Positions 1-10,859 of a stretch of DNA of 64,000 nucleotides are shown here, one piece after another. The DNA comes from Eledone cirrhosa. Lineage: Eukaryota. Where the stretch lies: positions 217,558,001 through 217,622,000 of the forward strand of contig OZ024740.1 in assembly GCA_964016885.1 (NCBI GenBank), written 5' to 3'. The position numbers and the translations under genes are program-made. Within the stretch, counting starts at the first letter, position 1. Each line of letters starts with the position of its first letter. The notes under the pieces were generated by a model. That model ran no database searches. It saw only the letters and a list, made by a program, of their open reading frames with translations, and was not told the DNA's origin.

Positions 1-333
1 ACGCGCGCGCATATACACACATACATATATAGAAAGATATTTGTCCTCTGTTATATGTAGCTATTAAGTGTTTGAGGTCCACCGTTTGACTGCAGAAGTT
101 GAAATTTAAATTCAGATATTTTGGGCGAGATTTCAATGTGTCATGGAAAAATATTTTAGGGAAAATCTACAAGAATTGTATTGAAACCTGATTGAAGAAA
201 TTACCATTAATTCATTAACATTTTCACTAACAAAGTATACATTGTCTAATCTTATGTTATAAATTGTTTACAAATCATTGTTTGTAAACACATTGATTGA
301 CATGTGCAGGAAATTACTTTCAAATATAAATAA

Positions 334-523
334 CTTGGGAATTTGTTTCCCAAGCTATTGTAATATGTCACTGGTAAAGGTGGCACCCACATCTTCAAGG
401 ATATTTCGGGGTAAATGCTGGTTTCTTCAATGTAAAAATAAATTCAAAAGAAGTGAAAGTGAATAAATTAATGTTGTTTAATTAATTAATTCAGTTGATC
501 ACGTTGAACAGGGGTTATATGAA
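334..523 (+). promoter_or_regulatory. Proximal promoter of copy 1 with altered TATA box
   Basis: TATATGAA at 516-523 where copies 2 and 3 have TATATAAA; 8-bp inverted repeat CTTGGGAA-n5-TTCCCAAG at 334-354. Confidence 0.55.
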
Positions 524-623
524 GCGTTCGTCTTAGACATTTGTTAAACCTGTCCTTGTTTCGATAAAATAAAGATAACAACCATCACAATTCTACAACA
601 GGAAGATAAACCAACTGACCACC

Positions 624-1255
624 ATGTTGTACGAAATTCTAGCAGTATTTGCAGCATTCTCATTCGTAAACTGCTACACCAACTGTAAGTAAATCATATT
701 ACTATATTTTGTATATTTCTTGGTTTCTTACTTCATATTATTATGATCTCTGAGTTACACACTCTATCGAGCAACGTTACTCCAGCCGACTGATTTTACA
801 CCTGCCTGTCGTGATACCATTTACAAAACGGCTACACATGTCAATCTTGTTCATAAAAGTAATGAACAGGAGAGTAGGCAGTATGCACCCTCGGCGGAAT
901 CCGTCTTTCTAATTCAATGGTATCGATTTAGCACCATTTGTCCGAACATAAATTCCCCTCTATATTCGTATAGAGACATCAGAGAAGCAAGAAGCTGACA
1001 ATCGATCCCATACTCCTGTAGAACCTTCTACAGCAGGTTTCGACTAAAATGCTGCTTTTCAAAATATATTTTGAAATAATTCTAGTCTACATTAATATAA
1101 TCTGGACAATAACAGAAACAAGTGAACAAAATCTCTTCTGTTGGAGACTGTTTTATGGAATCAGAAGAAGATGGTAAAAAAATAATCATATTCTATTCTA
1201 AAGAAGGGAGTCTTTAACACTGTCTCTGCTCTTAATCAAGTGTATGTGTGTGTGC

Positions 1256-1349
<94 letters not shown>

Positions 1350-4300
1350 TTGGAGGTGATACGTGCACGTACACTGTTTTCTGATAGATGTGTTAATACA
1401 AAGATATTGTAATAGATTCAGGTGTCCATATGTCTGTCACATTTGTTGTAATTTACTAATGTAAGAAAATATTTTGAACTAGAAAAGGTGTTGCACTCAA
1501 TATATAATAAGTTTTATTTAATATGAGTTTAAAACTCATTATCTTGTGAAACGACATAATATGTTTGAGGGCCCTGATTAGGACAAGAAAAAAACATTAG
1601 ATATTTTAAAGAAAAGAGTTAAACATTTACATCGTTAAGTAGTATATGTAATTGTTATAGATACAATAAAATAATACAACATTTTATGAACAAACAGAAA
1701 TAATTATGATTGAAATCTAATTATCTTGCGAAACCCCAAAATGTTTTGAGGGACCTCACTGTGGAAAATACAGCATTAAATATTTGAAATTGTTTACATT
1801 AATGCCAAGAATGCATTGATATCGTTAATTATTTTTATATCTAATTGTTATAGATTCTATACAAATAGAAAAATCAATGACTTATATTAAAGCTATATAT
1901 TGAGATGATAATGTTATTCTTTTTACAGATGAATGTACCCATAATGGAAGAAGGTATGAAGGTGCATTTAGCATCGACTGTAACACGTGTGTGTGTCTAG
2001 AAAGTGGACGAGCGCAGTGTTCAAATAAGATATGTGACTATGGACAACGATCAACATGTTGGTATGAAGGTAGACGTTACACAGTAGGACAGACAATCCA
2101 ACAGTCATGTAATACATGTGTATGCAGAGCCAATGGTCAAATGGATTGTACAAAGAATACATGTCAGTGTACATATAAAGGACAAAATTACAATATTGGC
2201 CAGAGGTTTAATGAGGATTGCAACCAATGTGAATGTTTATCTAGTGGTATTGTACGGTGTTCTAACAAACAATGTCAATGTTTTGCCAATGGAAGAACAT
2301 ATCCAGTGGGGGCTACCTTTCAAAGGGAATGTAACACTTGCAAGTGTGACATTAACGGCAGAATAGTGTGTTCTGACAACATATGTAAATGTTTTGAAAA
2401 TGGAAGATCTTACCCCATTGGTGCTACATTTAGCAAGGATTGCAATACATGCACATGTCAACAACATGGACAGGTCCGATGTACAAATAACCCGTGTCAA
2501 TGTACACATAAAGGACAGGTTTATCAAGTTCGTCAAAGATTTAATGATGATTGCAACCAATGTGAATGTTTATCTAGCGGTACAGTGCAGTGTTCTAACA
2601 AGGCATGTCAATGTTTTGAAAATGGAAGATCTTACCCCATTGGTGCTACATTTAGCAAGGACTGACTGCAATACATGCACATGTCAAATAGATGGTCGTA
2701 TACAGTGTACAAGCAACCCATGTACTTGCACCTATAACAATATGGCTTATAATTTCGGACAACAATTCAGGAAAGGTTGTAACACCTGCACTTGTCAACA
2801 AAATGGACAGGTCCAATGTACAAATAAACCATGTCAATGCACACATAAAGGACAGGTTTATCAAGTTCGTCAAAGATTTAATGATGATTGCAACCAATGT
2901 GAATGTTTATCTAGTGGTATAGTGCAGTGCTCTAACAAGCCATGTCAATGTTTTGAAAATGGAAGATCTTACCCCATTGGTGCTACATTTAGCAAGGACT
3001 GCAATACATGCACATGTCAACAAAATGGACAGTTCCAATGTACAAATAACCCCTGTCAATGTACACATAAAGGACAGGTTTATCAAATTCGTCAAAGATT
3101 TAACGAGGATTGCAACCAATGTGAATGTTTATCTAGTGGTACAGTGCAGTGTTCTAACAAACCATGTAAATGTTTTGAAAATGGAAGATCTTACCCCATC
3201 GGTGCTACATTTAGCAAAGACTGCAATACATGCACATGTCAAATAGATGGTCGTATACAGTGTACAAACAACCCATGTACTTGCACCTACAACAATATGG
3301 TCTATAATTTCGGCCAACAAATCAGGAACGGTTGTAATACCTGCACTTGTCAACAAAATGGACAGGTCCAATGTACAAATTACCCTTGTCAATGTACATA
3401 CAACGGTAAACGTTATGATGTTGGTTCTATATTCTACAATGATTGCAACAAATGTCAGTGCCATGATGATGGAAGAGTCCAATGTGAACAGAAAATATGC
3501 CCCAAACCATGCGTATTCAACGGAAAAACCTATTCTGTAGGAGAATCGTTTAAAAATGACTGCAATACATGTACATGTGGACAGTTTGGTCAAGTAGGAT
3601 GTACTAAAATGTACTGTCCTAAAACATGCCAATACAACGGAAAAATCTACACAGCTGACCAAATATTCAAGGCTCAAGATAATTGCAATACATGTCGATG
3701 TTCAGCTGGGTTGGTCAAGTGTACCAACTTAATATGTGGTCAAGTGAGTATGGTTTTTATTACTCTTTTATTGTCTCAAATATTTACAATTCTATCTTTC
3801 CTCTTATGTAATTTGTAGTCCTTTAGACACATTACATAAAGAAATCATTACAATTTCCCTGTGTAATTACTGCTGTGATATAAGAAACAGGGGAACATCA
3901 TCATTAGCATAGCTACCATTTAGTGAATGTTTGTTAGAGTATGACAGAGGTGATGGCATTCATTCATTGCTCACTTGTGACCGATTAGATTAATTTTAAT
4001 AATCTTTCACATAAATTGCTGCAAGTTGATGCCGGTAGGTATGACGGGAACATGGAGAAAATTCGAGAAGGCGGAAAATCTCTGTAGTAAAGGTAATCTG
4101 TAGAGGGTTTCTGTGGATCCTGGTGGGCAGACACAATATGAGTGATAAGAAATGGAGATACGATTTAGTTGGAATTGTCTGAGTGGAGGTGACATGAAAC
4201 CAACTATCTTAGAAGCTCTACACCATTGTAGTAGCAGTAGAAAGGGTAATGAAATAAGTCATTACGACAGTGATTAAGAGACTGGGGTGTGGCCTTAAAC

Positions 4301-4691
4301 CGATTAGTCAAGAACATTTATCTGGATGTAGAACATCATATCTCCAGTCGTTTGTCAAAATAGATGGCAATGTTATAGTCACTTTTATATAACTATGAAA
4401 TATATATTCTCTTTCAAAGAAATGCTTCAGTAGGAATGTTATTGGACTTACCAACATTCTGGTTAAAGGTTCAAACGTTCACTGCTGTTTCGTTTAATTT
4501 CCAACTAAGGGAGTTAATTCAACGTAACTTCGTTCCTTTATTTATCGCTAATATATATGTATATCGATATGTTAAGGAATTTTACCTATATCTAAATTGT
4601 TATATTTTGTAAGTTATTTATTTGATATTGTTTCAATATCAATAGTAATACAATATAAAACTTTATTTCATTACAGACTGGATACTACTAA
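624..4691 (+). pseudogene. Secreted Cys-rich tandem-module gene, copy 1 (16 pacifastin/VWC-like modules; frameshifted). Exons 624-684, 1929-3743, 4677-4691
   Basis: Kozak-like accATG at 624; signal-peptide-like MLYEILAVFAAFSFVNC; phase-1 intron GTAAGT(685)..ttacAG(1928); exon 2 = ORFs 1991..2665 plus 2394..3818; donor CAA|GTGAGT at 3744; acceptor ttacAG 4676 then ACT GGA TAC TAC TAA (TGYY*). A 4-bp duplication (GACTGACT, 2660-2667) creates TGA at 2663-2665. The corrected frame would give 628 aa. Confidence 0.85.
1261..1346. repeat. (TA)n(TG)n microsatellite in intron 1
   Basis: Direct reading; the equivalent tract in copy 2 is at about 39140-39258. Confidence 0.95.
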
Positions 4692-4803
4692 AGAACACAA
4701 CAGGCTGCTTTCTGATTCGGGATAATTATGTTTCTGAATAATAATTGCAATTTTTGTGAATAATAATTGTAAATTTTGTAAATAATAATTTAAATATTTT
4801 TTT

Positions 4804-4814
4804 AATAAAATAAA
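4804..4814 (+). terminator. Polyadenylation signal of copy 1
   Basis: Overlapping AATAAA hexamers about 115 nt after the stop, followed by T-rich sequence; same at about 42510 in copy 2. Confidence 0.55.
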
Positions 4815-4874
4815 CAAACATACAACAACAATTTATTGTTTTCCTAGATTCTTCTTCTTGTTCTTCTTATTAAT

Positions 4875-7577
4875 ATTGGTCTAATCGGACGACTTTTTGC
4901 TCGCTTCTGTAAGTCTCCTTATTTACCTGCCATAATTATTTATTGTTAAATTTTTGTTGTTGTGTAAAGGATATAAGCCCTTGGACTTTGCCCTGTCAAG
5001 GGAAAAGTACAATATTCGAACCTTTTACATTTAAAAATTATCGAAAAAAAAAACATGGCTGAGCCATGCGCCCAGCGATATGTCTGCTGACGTGCGACAA
5101 CGACGAAAAAGTTGAGAGGAGGGTTACGCCGAACACAGAAATTGATACAACAAACACCACCACAAACAACGTGAACACAGACAGCGATGACAAGAAGATT
5201 GAGAACACTAATAAAAAGAAAATGGCCACACAAACCACAACAGTAACAGCGACAACCAAAATACAGACAACAGAAAAAATGACAACAAATGCAACAACAA
5301 TATTAACACCACTAACATGAAAACAAATAGCGACAACACCAACACCAATGATACAAATTGTACCGAGAACAACAACAACGGCAGAACCAAAGACACAACC
5401 AACTGCAACAGTGACAACAGCAACAACACCAACAACATCATTTGTAGCAACAGCAACAGCACAAACAACAAGACCAGTAGCAGCAGTAGTGGCGGCAACA
5501 ATGATGCCAATGAAAAAGGGACCATCTCTTTTGCAAAGGTGGCTCGCAACGTAGAAACGGTCCTGGTTACAGAGGAGGAGATGGCGGTCGCAAGACACAT
5601 GGTAACCAGAACTGAATTTTCAGTGTCCTTGATACCACCAACCGACTTCCTGGGGGAACAAGAGCGACGCACAGTGTCATACCGCACGATTGCCACGAAA
5701 TCGCGTCGTGAGGAGAGAGCCTCGGAGGCCCAAATCCAGAAGGCCTTGGGAAATGTGTGATCACGGTAAACCCACATCACCCGAGGCAAGAAATATGCTA
5801 CTGTGGACCTTCTTTTTGCTACCACCAGGAAGCAAAATCACACTCACTGAGGACCTTACGAAGTGATGACATAATGTTAGTCCCGTTTTACTGCGGGAAA
5901 ATAAATTGCAACGGTCAGGGTAACCCAGGTTCCGCCCTACGTACCCATGCCTTGGCTGGTCGTGTCTGTTCTTGCAGGAACAGAAGTGGAGGAGAGAGGA
6001 CTGGTCAGGTATTGGAATGGAGATGCTTATCCCAACCGACCAGGATTGCATCAGCGCTATTCCCGACGTTATAGACCTATGGAATGGCTCCCAACTTCCC
6101 ATATCTGTAGAAGGCAGGTGCCCAAAGTGTTTCAACTATGGATTGAAGTCTCACCTCAAGGCCTTCTGCCCAGAGAAAATAACAAAGGCGAAGTTTCCGC
6201 CGCCACAACCCCTTCCAACGCCGGAACCGCTGCCATCAGAAACAGAGCAGTCAGCGAAAATGTCAGGAGCTTCCACAGAGAGTAGGAAGACAACGTCCGT
6301 GGCACCCACACCAAATCCACGGACAACAAAAACAGCGGCGGCAGCTGCAGCATCAGAACCAGGCTCCACCATCACAAACAACAACGCGCTTTTTGTGGAA
6401 GGGACGTTCTCCCATGGTCAGACGATCCATTTGCTGTCAACACCCGTTGCGTGGAGGACTAGTCTTGCCGTGGCTGATGATGTGCAAACATACGCTGGGG
6501 CTGCGACCTATCTGGTCCTTCCTTGACGGTGAACAGGTGTGGTCGCCGTTAGCCAGACGCGCTTTTCCCCATCTCGTCTTCTTGATGGAGCTGCAGTCTT
6601 GATGGAGCTGCAGGCGCTCACCACCCTCTACCAGCTGGGCACTGATATCAGTAGGACAGCCACCTCGGCGTTCTATAGCGGGCTAGTGGAAGTGAAGAGT
6701 GACAACGTTCTCTGGGAGACCCTGGGCGTCGAAGACGATAAGCTGTTCGCTCTCTTCAAGAGAACTTTCAGCCCGGGGCCTTTGGACAACTTCCAGAAAT
6801 CCTTGGCCTGGTAGTGCTACCGGGGAGCGTTGCCGGTTCGGGATAAGCTCTACAGGCACGGAGGTGCTGTCAGCCGATCCTGTGTGAGATGCGCGCAGGG
6901 CGACGAAACCGCCCTGCACGCACTCGTTCTATGCCCGAGGATTGCTGACTTGTGGAGCTATGTCAAACAGTTGCTGTCGCGTGTGGGACATAACAGGTTA
7001 TCGTCTGAGTTCATTGTGCAGATAGCCCCTCCATCCTCCTTTAAAGAGGTGGAAGGACATGTAGTTTTCATCTGCCTGGTGGCCATGGCGAAAGAGATTG
7101 TGTGGTGGACAAGGTTGAAAGGGTTGAAGACGCACACTTTCCTCTCCGGCCAATCCCTTATTAACTTCTTCAAGTTTCACTTGAAGAGGAAAATCAGGGT
7201 GGAGAGGCAAGTGCTGTCTTCTAGTAAGTTTGTTGAAAGGTGGGTGAAAGTGGCGAGTGTGCTCCGAGAAAACGGGCCCGCTCTGAGTATGCACCTGTAG
7301 ACTGAGGAGTGGGACAACTGAGAGAGGGCGCTTGCCCTGGTAGTCAGGGTGGCCGTGGTCTTTTGTGTGGTTTTCGCCACGAGTAACCCTCGGACGTTTC
7401 CCATCTTTTGGGGAATTTTTGTTGTTTTAATTTTTTAATTTGTTTTTATACGTTTCCGTCTTGTTATAACCTTTTTACACGGCCAAAACCCACTTTGTAT
7501 CGTCCTGTACCGTCCTCAGCCGTCTGTATTTTTTTCCTCATGTTAGCGCTTGTGGCCAATAAAGAAACCATTATTAT
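4875..7577 (+). mobile_element. Tx1/L1-type non-LTR retrotransposon, subfamily B, internally deleted and degenerate
   Basis: 5' end ATTGGTCTAATCGGACG matches the 5' end of the minus-strand element at about 56960. N/S-rich ORF1 with zinc knuckle CFNYGLKSHLKAFC jumps at about 6385 into the ORF2 C-terminus (FLWKG...CVRC..H....C). Ends ccaataaagaaa(TTA)n. Confidence 0.85.
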
Positions 7578-9042
7578 TGCAGCCTCATATATTCAGGACG
7601 TATCGGAGGGTTCTTGCTGTTCCCAGCAAGCATGCCTTTTGAAGAGTTCCAAAAGGCGGGGCTGGACTAATCTTCTTTAACCATCCCTGGAAACTCTTTG
7701 AGATAGTACCTAATGCGCCTATGACAATCGGAACGACCTTGACTTCATGGCAGTTCCAAATCCTTTTTACCTCCCACTTTAAGTCCTGGTATCGGTTAAT
7801 TTTCTCCCTCTCCCTTTCTTGCACTCTCGTGTCAAATGGGCAGGCTACATCTACAAGGAGGCACGATCTTTTTTCCTTGTCCAAAACCACCAGGTCAGGC
7901 CCATTGTGTTCTAATTTCTGTATCCTAAAATCCTAAAATCCCATAGCACCTTCACCTGATTGTTGCCTATCACATCATGTCTCCAGCCTTTATAGTGAGT
8001 CTGTGCTAGGTGTTTACACTCGGATACAATGTGAGCGACAGTCTCCTCTCTCCACAGATCCTACACAGTGCGCTAGCCTCCCCCTTGTCAATATGGTGCT
8101 TCACCCACTTTGTTCTGAGGGCTTGCTCTTGCGCAGCCATTAGCATTCCTTCTGTAGCTTTTTTAAGGTCTCCTCTTTTTAACCAGTTCCATGTCTGTGG
8201 ATCTCTAAATTCAGTTTTCTTAAAGAAGGTACTATGAAGGGATTTTTCATGAAGGTTGCTCTTCCTCCTCGTTGTTATTTCCTCCTTGGACATCCCCTGG
8301 TCTATTGTCTCCTCCTTCAGTACAATTTTGAGCATTGGCTCCCTACTGTCAGTCACGTATTTGTACAGGTTGTTTTTCTCCCTGTGAACACAGTCCTTTA
8401 TGCTGATAAGACCTCTTCCACCTTCAGATCTCTTTAAGTAGAGTCTATCTACATCACTCCTCTTGTGGAACATGTTGTAGATAGTCAATAGCTTCCTAGT
8501 CTTCTATCCATTTCTTTTTGATCAGCAACATTCCATTTCAGAATTCCCGCACTGTACCTAATAATAGACACAGCTCGGGAATTCTCTGCACTTATGACAT
8601 TCCTACTATTTAGACATGATTTTAATACGTTCCTTACTCTCCGAATGTACTCAAATCTTCTCAATTCCTTCATGTTTTTGTTCTTGATGTCATATTCCTC
8701 CAGAACACCTAAATATTTGTATCCCTCTTCAGTGTCAATTTCCTTTTTCATCCCACCTGTTGGTACCTGGATTCCCTTGCTTCTGCTCAATTTACCCCTC
8801 TTCATCAAAGGGACTCCACACTTATTAATACCAAATTCCATACATATATCATGCCTAGAGGTCTTCAAGGTGGCAGATAACATCAGACAGTTGTTGAGCA
8901 AACGTATGAAGTCCTGGAAATAGAGTTAACATCGGGTGGAGAATCCTTGGGAGGCGTGAAGATCAAGAGAGGTATCTTCCAGGGAGATAGTTTGTCCCCT
9001 TTGCTGTTTATCCTTGCGCTGATACCCCTGACCGTTATATTG
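7578..9042 (-). mobile_element. Degenerate R4/Dong-type (RT-RLE) retrotransposon with inverted 5' segment
   Basis: Minus-strand fragments DICMEFGINKC, YKYLG, CRIC, PDLVVLDK..LVDVACPFD..KINRYQDL..IGALG are homologous to the 10860..14510 ORF. About 8860-9042 carries GIFQGDSLSPLLF on the + strand. Confidence 0.85.
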
Positions 9043-10513
9043 CTCAGGGTCTGGTTCAGACCGGACCTCCAGATGGAGAAAAACTGGAGCGAGGTGACGA
9101 GCAAGGTGGCCTCCCTCACTCAGAAATGGGCTGAGAGGAAGCTGTCCCTGAAAGGCCGGGCGGAGGTGGCGAATATGTACATCACATCCGTCATTTGCTA
9201 CCGCCTCACAGTCGTCCCTTGCCCCGGCCCGACTCTCACCAAAATGGAGTGCCTCCTCTTCCGCTTTTTGTGGAAGGGACGCGCTCCCATGGTCAGACGA
9301 TCCATCTGCTGTCAACAACCGTTGCGTGGAGGACTGGGCATGCCATGGCTGATGATGCGCAAACATGCGCTGAGACTGCGACATCTCTGGTGCTTCCTTG
9401 ACGGTGAAGAGGTGTGGTTGCCGTTCGCCAGGCACGTTTTCCCACAGCTCGTCTCCTTGACGGAGCTGCAGTCCTGGGTTAGGAAAAGATCGAGCGATAG
9501 CGCTTGGAAACTGGAATGTCTCCAGGCGCTCACTGCCCTCTGCCAGCTGGGCACCAGTATCGGTGGAACATCCACCTCGGCGTTCTATAGAGGACTAGTG
9601 GAGGGGAAGGGCGACGACGTTCTCGGAGAGATCCTGGGCGTCGAAGAAGATCAGCTGTTTGCTCTCTTCCGGAGAACTTTCAGCCCAAGGCCTATGGATA
9701 ACTTTCAAAAATATCTGGCCTGGCCGTGCCACCGGGGAGCGTTGCCGTCAGCCGAGCCTGTCCGAGATGCGCGCAGAGCGACGAAACAGTCATGCACGCA
9801 CTCGTTCAGTGCTCGAGCATTGCTGACTTGTGGAGCTATATCGAACAGTTGCTGTCGCGTGTAGGACTGATCCGGTTATCGTCTGAGTCCATTATGCAGA
9901 TGGTCTCGCCGTCCTTCGAGGAGGAAGGGCAGGCGGTTTTCATCTGCCTGGTGGCCATGGCGAAAGAGATTGTGTGGTGGACAAGGTTGAAAGGGTTAAA
10001 TACAGATACTTTCCTCTTCGGCGAATCCCTAATTAACTTTTTCAAGTTTCACTTGAAGAGGAAAATCAGGGTGGAGAGACAAGTGGAGAGACAAGTGGAG
10101 AGACAAGTGGAGAGACAAGTTTGTTGAAAGGTGGGTGAATGTAGCGAGAATGGTCCGAGTGAACGGGACCGCTCTGAATATACGCCTGTAGTTTGAGAGA
10201 TGGAAACATTGAGAGAGGGCGCTTGCCCTGGTGGTCAGGGTGGTCGTGGTCTTTTGTGTGGTTTTCGCCACGCGTAACCCTCGGAGGTTTCCCCCCTATT
10301 TGGGAATTTTTCATTGTTTCAATTTTCAATTTTATTGTTTATATATATATATGTTTCTATGTCTTTTTCTTTTTCTTTTCTTATATAAATAATAAAATCT
10401 TTACACGAACAAAACCCATATCGTACCGTCCTGTACCGTCCTGTGGCGTCTGTAATGTTTTTCTTGATGTCAGCCCTTGTGGCCAATAAAGAAATTATTA
10501 TTATTATTATTAT
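9043..10513 (+). mobile_element. 5'-truncated Tx1/L1-type element
   Basis: ORF2 C-terminal part (VWFRPDLQMEKNW...CPRCAQSDETVMHALVQC), 3' UTR and (TTA)n tail. Confidence 0.85.
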
Positions 10514-10679
10514 TGTTCTTTGAATCTCAGTCATTGATGTTAGTTAACTGGAAAGTTTGTTGAAATGAATATCAAGCCACTACCTGCAGCCTCAGATATT
10601 CAGGACGTATCGGAGGGTTCTTGCTGTTCCCAGAAAGCATGCCTTTTGAAGCGTTCCAAAAAGCGGGGCGCGGCCAAAA
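10514..10679 (-). mobile_element. Short 3' fragment of the degenerate R4/Dong family
   Basis: Matches about 45348-45500 and 7578-7660 (LQKACFLGTARTLRYVLNI end plus 3' UTR). Confidence 0.75.
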
Positions 10680-10719
<40 letters not shown>

Positions 10720-10859
10720 TGCATTTATCTTACTTTATGTTTATACGAGTTATCACCAAGTCACAACCAGTGACCTCAAGAGACAACAAGGTCCGCCATG
10801 TTCAAGAAAGAACATACATATTCACACATGCATCCTTAGTGTTTAGACTTGTGATGTAC

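Noticed and set aside
1968-3677. Many overlapping alternative-frame and antisense ORFs over exon 2 (also 39880-41363)
   Set aside because: Shadows of the 111-bp coding repeat; only the Cys frame has a signal peptide exon and compatible splice sites.
1929-3743. Calling the gene kielin/chordin or a bona fide pacifastin precursor
   Set aside because: Modules have 6 Cys and lack the CCxxC half of a full VWC domain. The first loop is longer than in typical pacifastins and dibasic linkers are absent, so no gene symbol is given.
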